Assembly: GCA_016930255.1 (NCBI GenBank)
Contig: JAFGHB010000040.1
Coordinates: 5,187-69,186 of the forward strand
Direction of reading: 5' to 3'
DNA length: 64,000 nt
DNA from: Methanomicrobia archaeon
GTDB taxonomy: Archaea; Halobacteriota; Syntropharchaeia; Alkanophagales; Methanospirareceae
Shown one piece after another: positions 58,376-64,000 of the stretch (position 1 is the first letter of the stretch; each line of letters opens with the position of its first letter). Both the position numbers and the translations under genes were made by a program. A model generated the notes under the pieces. That model had not been told where the DNA came from, made no database searches, and saw only the letters and a list, made by a program, of their open reading frames with translations.

Positions 58376-60490
58376 CTATGTGCGAGATAACACCCGCTTC
58401 AATTCTTCCAGATCCGTAATCGGCGCTTTGCACGTGTACTCTTCGCAGATATACACCGTCGGCTTTCCTTCTATCGCTACTTTACCGCTAATGAGTGGTG
58501 TCAACTCTGGAAGTTCAGATTCGGTAACGCCCGGCTGTGAGAACGCAACGACGTTATGCGGCAGAAAATGACGCCCAAGTTCAGCCGCAAATGCCTGTGC
58601 CTCTTCTCTGTTACGGCTCGCTAGTACGACCTGTGCGGGGCTACTGAGAGAGAACGCAACGGCACAGAGCATTTGCGTGTGCTCCAGTGGGCTCTGGTCC
58701 AATGTCGCACGGAACGCGCGAAAAATGGTTTCAGCCCGCTTCTTCAGTTCTTCATTATCCGTTAGCGCTGCGAGTCGAAGGATGTTCTGCGCGGCAACCG
58801 AGTTGCCAGAGGGAATCGGCCCGTCGTACGCATCCTTTATGGCTACGGCAAGCTCCAGTTCACTGGTAAGATTGGAGAAGAATCCGCCATCTGCTTTGTC
58901 CCAGAAAAGCTCCAGCATACTATTGTTCAGTTGCAGCGCCTCGCGTAACCATTGTGACTCGAAATGAGCCTCATAGAGGTCGAGCAATCCCGCAACAAAA
59001 TACGCGTAATCTTCAAGTGTTCCTGAAATTGAAGCCTCACCGTCGCGATAACGCCGCAATAGCCGCCCGTCTTTCCTGAGATTGTCACGAATAAAGCGAG
59101 CAGCGGACATTGCCGCTTCGAGATAGCGATTGTCACGGAACACCTGGTATCCCAGAGCGAACGCAGAAATCATCAGACCGTTCCAGCCAGTTATAATCTT
59201 GTCATCGGTCGCGGGGCGTATCCGTTTGTTCCTCGCCTCAAGCAGCTTCTGGGTGCTCGCACGAATAGTACCTTCATCGAGTCCCGTGGATGCTTCCGCT
59301 ATAAAAAGTACACTTTTCCCTCGCTCGAAGTTGCCCTGCGGTGTCACCCCGTAGTAACGACAGAGTGCTTCGCCCTGCTCTTTTCCCAGCACTGATCTTA
59401 TCTCCTCAGGATCCCAGACATAAAAGGCACCTTCCAGGCCCTCGCTGTCCGCATCCACCGCGGAGTAAAAGCCTCCTTCAGGGCCGGTCATCTCGCGCAG
59501 CACCCAATCCAGCGTCCGGCGCGCAACCTGCGCGAAGAACGGATCACGCGTTACTTGATATGCCTCTGTATAAGCCCTGGCTAAGAGCGCGTTATCGTAC
59601 AGCATCTTCTCGAAATGCGGCACCAGCCAGCGGTTATCTGTTGAATATCGGTGAAAACCACCACCTAATTGGTCGAAGATGCCTCCTCGAGCCATTCCAT
59701 AGAGCGTCTTCGTCACCATCTTCAACGCGTATTCCTCCTGCGTTCTGTAATAATACCGGAGAAGGAACGAGAGATAGCTGGGCAACGGGAACTTCGGCTT
59801 CTTTACCGACCATGCGGTTACCGCCGCGCCAAATCCGCCGTAGTTCGAATCGAACTGGAGAACGAGTTGCTCATACGCGTTATCAAGCAGATCTGCTGAG
59901 AGCGCCTCCTCCACGCCCGCTGGCGGCTTATGCCGGTATATGCCGCGCACGAGCTGTATAACCTCTTCCGAACTCCGCTCTAGCTGTTCCCGCTTCGTTC
60001 GCCATGAGTCAGCAATGGTACGAAGCAAATCGTTAAAGGCTGGTAAGCCGTGTAGAGGTTCAGGAGGGAAATAGGTCCCGCCATAGAACGGCTTCAGGTC
60101 GGACGTAAGAAAGACCGACAGCGGCCAGCCACCCGTGCCCGCCATCATCTGCACCGCTTTCATGTAGATCTCGTCCAGGTCTGGACGCTCTTCGCGATCC
60201 ACTTTAATGCTGACAAAGTGCTCGTTGAGGATCTCCGCGGTCTGCGGATTCTCAAAGGATTCGCGTGCCATTACATGGCACCAATGGCAGGTCGCAAAGC
60301 CGATACTGAGGAAGATTGGTTTGTCCTCATCCTTAGCACGTCTCCACGCCTCCTCACCCCAGGGATACCAATTAACGGGGTTATACGCATGCTGAAGCAG
60401 ATACGGACTCTTCTCCGTTATAAGTGCATTTGGAGCCTTTCCTTCCCCTTCATCGCTTCCGTGCATAGCAAGAAGCACCTCCAACCGCAA
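58376..60490 (-). CDS. thioredoxin-domain protein YyaL (DUF255 + six-hairpin glycosidase-like domain)
   Basis: …[80 protein letters not shown]…. Confidence 0.85.
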   Translation of the reverse strand: MRLEVLLAMHGSDEGEGKAPNALITEKSPYLLQHAYNPVNWYPWGEEAWRRAKDEDKPIFLSIGFATCHWCHVMARESFENPQTAEILNEHFVSIKVDREERPDLDEIYMKAVQMMAGTGGWPLSVFLTSDLKPFYGGTYFPPEPLHGLPAFNDLLRTIADSWRTKREQLERSSEEVIQLVRGIYRHKPPAGVEEALSADLLDNAYEQLVLQFDSNYGGFGAAVTAWSVKKPKFPLPSYLSFLLRYYYRTQEEYALKMVTKTLYGMARGGIFDQLGGGFHRYSTDNRWLVPHFEKMLYDNALLARAYTEAYQVTRDPFFAQVARRTLDWVLREMTGPEGGFYSAVDADSEGLEGAFYVWDPEEIRSVLGKEQGEALCRYYGVTPQGNFERGKSVLFIAEASTGLDEGTIRASTQKLLEARNKRIRPATDDKIITGWNGLMISAFALGYQVFRDNRYLEAAMSAARFIRDNLRKDGRLLRRYRDGEASISGTLEDYAYFVAGLLDLYEAHFESQWLREALQLNNSMLELFWDKADGGFFSNLTSELELAVAIKDAYDGPIPSGNSVAAQNILRLAALTDNEELKKRAETIFRAFRATLDQSPLEHTQMLCAVAFSLSSPAQVVLASRNREEAQAFAAELGRHFLPHNVVAFSQPGVTESELPELTPLISGKVAIEGKPTVYICEEYTCKAPITDLEELKRVLSRT

Positions 60491-60654
60491 ATAGTAAGTA
60501 GGAGGTTATCCTTTAAACAGATATCGTTCCCTCGTGTGAAATTACACTGCGCTCTGCTCTGTCCCGCCCGAACCTAAAACCGGATGAAGAAATCGTCGCA
60601 CACAAGCAAGGCAAATCAATCTCAAACGATTACCCCGTTCACTGCTCGCTCCCG

Positions 60655-61758
60655 CTAAGGGGCCCTCTTTCTCCGCTTCACGCGCTCGAAAAACCCACTT
60701 TGCTCCATTATATCCCTCGTTTTCCCTGTTACTAGCACCTCTGCTTCCTTCAGGTCTGCGGGGGTTCGACAGCCGGTTAAGAACATGGCAATCTCCAATT
60801 CCTCGCCCATCTCCGCTATTTTCGCCACGACGCTCTTCGCATTCTCGTGTTTCATCGCGGGTTTCAGAAATGGTAAAGCGGCACTACAGATATCCGCACC
60901 CAGAGCGAGGCTCTTTGCAACATCAAGACCGTTCCGTATTCCGCCCGTAGCGATTATCGGACTGGGAAACGGAATCGCACTGCACTCTACTATGCTCTCT
61001 ACTGTCGTAATGCCCCAGTCCCAGCCAAAAAGGTTCCCTAAATGCTCTCCTAAATCGTCCTGCTCTGCTTTCGCACGGTAGATCTCCGCAGCAGCCAGAC
61101 TCGTGCCTCCGAACCCTCCTACGTCTATTGCTGACACACCGATATCGTGCAGCTTCTTCGCCACTGCGTAACCAATCCCAGCACCGGTTTCCTTCACAAT
61201 CACCGGCTTCTTTATCGCCTCGCAGACCTCCCCTATCGCACCAAGGCAGCCTCGAGCGTCTACATTGCCCTCCGGCTGGATCGCTTCCTGCAAGAAGTTG
61301 AGATGTATTGCAACCGCATCCGCATCGATCATATCAATAACGCGCTCTACGCCTTCTATCCCGTATTCCTTCAATTGCGGAGCGCCTAAGTTCGCATAAA
61401 TGAACGAATCAGGTGCAATGTCGCGAACCACGCGGAACGAATCCTCCTGCTCCGCGTCTTCCAGTGCCGCTCGCTGCGAGCCCACGCCTATACCCACATC
61501 GAGCGCCTCCGCAGCCTCCGCGAGAATCGCATTTAGCTGCTTCGTCTCCGGATGCCCGCCGGTAATCGATGCGATCATTATCGGATAACTAAAGGAAAAG
61601 TCCAGAAACTCCGTCTTCAAACTTATCTCCCCTTTATCTATTTCCGGTAACGCAACATGGATGAGCTTAAGGTCTTCAAAGCAGGACTCTCTCACTTCCA
61701 CATCCTTCTCCGTGCAGATTCGGAGTTGCTCTATCTTTCGCTTCGACGTTTGATTCAT
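60655..61758 (-). CDS. fni: type 2 isopentenyl-diphosphate delta-isomerase (FMN-dependent)
   Basis: …GIGVGSQRAALED…AVAIHLNFLQEAIQPEG…VIVKETGAGI…VGGFGGTS…ATGGIRNGLDVAKSLALGAD… match conserved IDI-2 blocks. Confidence 0.9.
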   Translation of the reverse strand: MNQTSKRKIEQLRICTEKDVEVRESCFEDLKLIHVALPEIDKGEISLKTEFLDFSFSYPIMIASITGGHPETKQLNAILAEAAEALDVGIGVGSQRAALEDAEQEDSFRVVRDIAPDSFIYANLGAPQLKEYGIEGVERVIDMIDADAVAIHLNFLQEAIQPEGNVDARGCLGAIGEVCEAIKKPVIVKETGAGIGYAVAKKLHDIGVSAIDVGGFGGTSLAAAEIYRAKAEQDDLGEHLGNLFGWDWGITTVESIVECSAIPFPSPIIATGGIRNGLDVAKSLALGADICSAALPFLKPAMKHENAKSVVAKIAEMGEELEIAMFLTGCRTPADLKEAEVLVTGKTRDIMEQSGFFERVKRRKRAP

Positions 61759-61852
61759 CTTTTCATTCAGTTAAACCTTTCTTTCTAAAAAGTAGTTATC
61801 AATAAATTACCTTTACCTTTCTTTCTCGTCGTCACACCAAAAGGAAACGGAC

Positions 61853-63097
61853 ATGTATCTGATTGATATGTTTGCCGACTCAAAAAAAATTTGCCTCGAA
61901 ACCTTCGGCTGCACTGCCAATGTAGGGGACACGCTGAAGCTGAGCGCGATTCTCAGGGAACAGGGGCATGCAATCGTCGCGGAACCCGAAGCCGAAGTCG
62001 TTATCGTGAATACGTGCACCGTAACGAAGCGGACGGAGCTCAATGTGATAAAGAGGCTGAAGAGCTTGCAGGAAGCGGGTAAAGAGGTGGTTATAGCGGG
62101 TTGCATGGCTGCGGCACAGCCCGAATTGGTAAAAAGCCTGTTCGGCGAAGATATAACAATGGTAACGCCGCAGGATCTCTACAAGGGCCTTAACGGGGAC
62201 CACAAACTGGATTGTGACGGGGTCCTCGGTGTGATTCCGATTGCAATGGGCTGCGTGGGGAACTGCTCGTACTGTATCGTGAAGCAAGCGCGTGGCAACT
62301 TGAAGAGTTTTTCGTCTGCGAGGATACTCGAAGCCGTGAAAAGTGCGGTGGAACGAGGTGCAAAGGAGATACGGATTACCGCCCAGGACTGTAGCGCGTA
62401 TGGCATGGATAAGCCAAGCGCACTGAAGCTGCCGGAGCTGCTAGAGCTGATAACAGCCGTGGACGGCGATTTCAGAATACGGGTGGGTATGATGAACCCC
62501 TTCACGATGATTCACATCCTTGATGAACTCCTAGACTCGTTCGATTCCACAAAGATATTCAAATTCTTCCACGTGCCTGTGCAGTCCGGCTCGGATACGG
62601 TGCTAAAGGCTATGAACCGGAATTACAAAACTGCGGAGTTCGTGGAGATCGTAAAACGCATACGGCAGCGATTCGAGCACTGCACGGTATGCACGGACTT
62701 CATCATCGGCTTTCCTACAGAGACGGAAAACGACTTCTGTGACTCGCTGAACCTGCTGAAAGCGGTGAAGCCGGAAAAGGTGAACATCACGCGGTTCTCA
62801 CCCAGACCGGGTACGGAAGCAGCCAGACTGAACGACTTGCTGGAGCGTGAGAAGAAGAGGCGATCGCGAATTATCTCTTCGCTCTATCATCAGATCGCTC
62901 TTGAACGGAACATCGCTCAGGAAGGTAAGGTAGTTCCCATTTTGATCACAGAGCGGGGCAAAAAGGGTGGCGTAATAGGCCGCGATCCCTCATACCGGCA
63001 GGTAATACTAAAGAGATCGTTGCCACTCGGGGCCTCTTATACTGCGCGGATAACAGAGGCAAAGAGCACATATCTGCTGGGTGATAGTATTGCGTAG
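61853..63097 (+). CDS. MiaB-like tRNA methylthiotransferase (archaeal/eukaryotic MtaB type, radical SAM)
   Basis: N-terminal MTTase domain …ETFGCTANVGDT…VIVNTCTVT… Radical SAM …IAMGCVGNCSYCIV… C-terminal TRAM-like part. Confidence 0.85.
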   Translation: MYLIDMFADSKKICLETFGCTANVGDTLKLSAILREQGHAIVAEPEAEVVIVNTCTVTKRTELNVIKRLKSLQEAGKEVVIAGCMAAAQPELVKSLFGEDITMVTPQDLYKGLNGDHKLDCDGVLGVIPIAMGCVGNCSYCIVKQARGNLKSFSSARILEAVKSAVERGAKEIRITAQDCSAYGMDKPSALKLPELLELITAVDGDFRIRVGMMNPFTMIHILDELLDSFDSTKIFKFFHVPVQSGSDTVLKAMNRNYKTAEFVEIVKRIRQRFEHCTVCTDFIIGFPTETENDFCDSLNLLKAVKPEKVNITRFSPRPGTEAARLNDLLEREKKRRSRIISSLYHQIALERNIAQEGKVVPILITERGKKGGVIGRDPSYRQVILKRSLPLGASYTARITEAKSTYLLGDSIA

Positions 63098-63243
63098 CCA
63101 CGCCGGATGCGAGAAGTGCCGGCACACGAAGGTTTTTTTTTCTCCACTCAGTTCGAGAGAATGCGAAACGATCAAAGGTGGCGAACGGCTCGTGGTGTGG
63201 TGACGATGCAAAATTTAAATGTACTGCCGTTCTCTTCAAAGAT

Positions 63244-64000
63244 ATGGCACGAACACGACGCATGTGCACCGTCTGCGGCAAACCGGCGTTGTATAGATGC
63301 AAGTACTGCGGCGATACCCTGTGTAAGAGTCATCTCCAGCCGGAAATGCACTGGTGCGTTGGAATCGAAGCGTATAAACGTGATCGTGCAGCCCAGGGCA
63401 CATCTGCCATTCCTTTAGAATTCCCGCAGGAACGACGGGGTTTTGGACGGGATAAGAGCATTTATAAAAGACCCCCCTGGGGCATCTTTGCTGGAAACTA
63501 TTCGTTCCTGCTTATGTTCCTCATTTCCATCTCGTTTGTCGTGCAATTACTTGTCCCCGCATACACCGAGTATTTTAAACTCGTTCCGGCACTTGTAACG
63601 GCAAGGCCTTGGACGTTAATAACGCATATCTTCCTCCACGGCAACTTCGAACATTTCTTCTTTAACATGCTCTTCTTCGTCTTCTTCGGCCCGGTACTGG
63701 AGCGGAAGATCGGGAGTTCGAAATTTTTGGTGGTGTTTTTTATCTCAGGGATCGTTGCGGGCATTGGCTGGAGTTTCACTACCTCTCACCCTTTAGTGGC
63801 CGTTGTAGGCGCAAGCGGGGCGTTAAGCGGGATATTCGCGACCCTCGCGGTGTTGATGCCGCGGATGAAAGTGTACCTTTTCTTCTTTATACCGATGGAG
63901 ATGTGGCTCACCGTGATTTTATTCGCGCTCATCGATTTCGCAATGATGGGTTCCGGCGACATGATTGCCCATACCGCGCATTTGTCAGGTCTCTTTTTCG
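63244..64000 (+). CDS. rhomboid-family intramembrane serine protease with N-terminal zinc-finger (partial, runs off window end)
   Basis: MARTRRMCTVCGKPALYRCKYCGDTLCKSH… (zinc ribbon), then …HIFLHGNFEHFFFNMLFF…GASGALSGIF…AHTAHLSG… gives the rhomboid GxSG and His motifs. Confidence 0.8.
   Translation, partial: MARTRRMCTVCGKPALYRCKYCGDTLCKSHLQPEMHWCVGIEAYKRDRAAQGTSAIPLEFPQERRGFGRDKSIYKRPPWGIFAGNYSFLLMFLISISFVVQLLVPAYTEYFKLVPALVTARPWTLITHIFLHGNFEHFFFNMLFFVFFGPVLERKIGSSKFLVVFFISGIVAGIGWSFTTSHPLVAVVGASGALSGIFATLAVLMPRMKVYLFFFIPMEMWLTVILFALIDFAMMGSGDMIAHTAHLSGLFF

Overview
The window looks like an archaeal chromosome segment, probably a Methanosarcinales-like euryarchaeon. Evidence for this is a PGF-CTERM sorting signal, archaeal pilin N-terminal domains and class III signal peptides, FlaI/FlaJ-type pilus genes, type 2 IDI, geranylgeranyl reductase, archaeal e-MtaB, and a giant surface protein dense in N-x-S/T sequons. 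GC is about 50% by eye, with several conspicuously AT-rich islets.

Layout by coordinate:
- 1-2.5 kb: part of a B12-radical-SAM gene and a geranylgeranyl reductase.
- 2.5-23 kb: a large cell-surface and type IV pilus-like locus. It contains a KaiC-like ATPase, three stand-alone CheY-like receivers plus one receiver fragment, a PGF-CTERM surface protein, an OB-fold secreted protein, a FlaI-like ATPase with a long charged N-terminal extension, and split TadB/TadC (FlaJ)-like membrane proteins. It also holds at least five pilin-like proteins with class III signal peptides, two paralogous secreted proteins, and an ~780-aa glycine-rich pilin-like protein interrupted at a G9 homopolymer.
- 23-34.5 kb: gyrB, a GtrA-like gene, tRNA-Leu(CAG), and a 2839-aa parallel beta-helix / lamin-tail-domain surface protein.
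- 35-46.7 kb: transport and metabolism genes (MATE, PRTase, Bcp, APC permease flanked by a 5' bcp pseudo-copy, AP-superfamily enzyme, HAD-IIA, PEBP, TPP enzyme) and a ~1.2 kb ORF-poor stretch.
- 46.7-52 kb: a defence islet. A hicBA toxin-antitoxin cassette is bracketed by ~30 bp direct repeats. Next to it is an MmeI/Eco57I-like type IIG/IIL restriction-modification enzyme whose target-recognition region is strongly AT-rich. That enzyme is translationally coupled to an upstream OB-fold/zinc-ribbon (RPA-like) gene.
- 52-56.5 kb: rubredoxin, a DUF4213/DUF364 protein, a HAD hydrolase, a coupled PD-(D/E)XK nuclease + zinc-ribbon gene pair, and a lone AmmeMemoRadiSam radical SAM enzyme.
- 56.5-58.4 kb: an AT-rich islet with two translationally coupled unknown genes, one carrying an RNxxxH (HEPN-like) motif.
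- 58.4-64 kb: a YyaL thioredoxin-domain protein, type 2 IPP isomerase, an MtaB-like methylthiotransferase, and a partial rhomboid protease.

No CRISPR array, rRNA gene or transposase was found.
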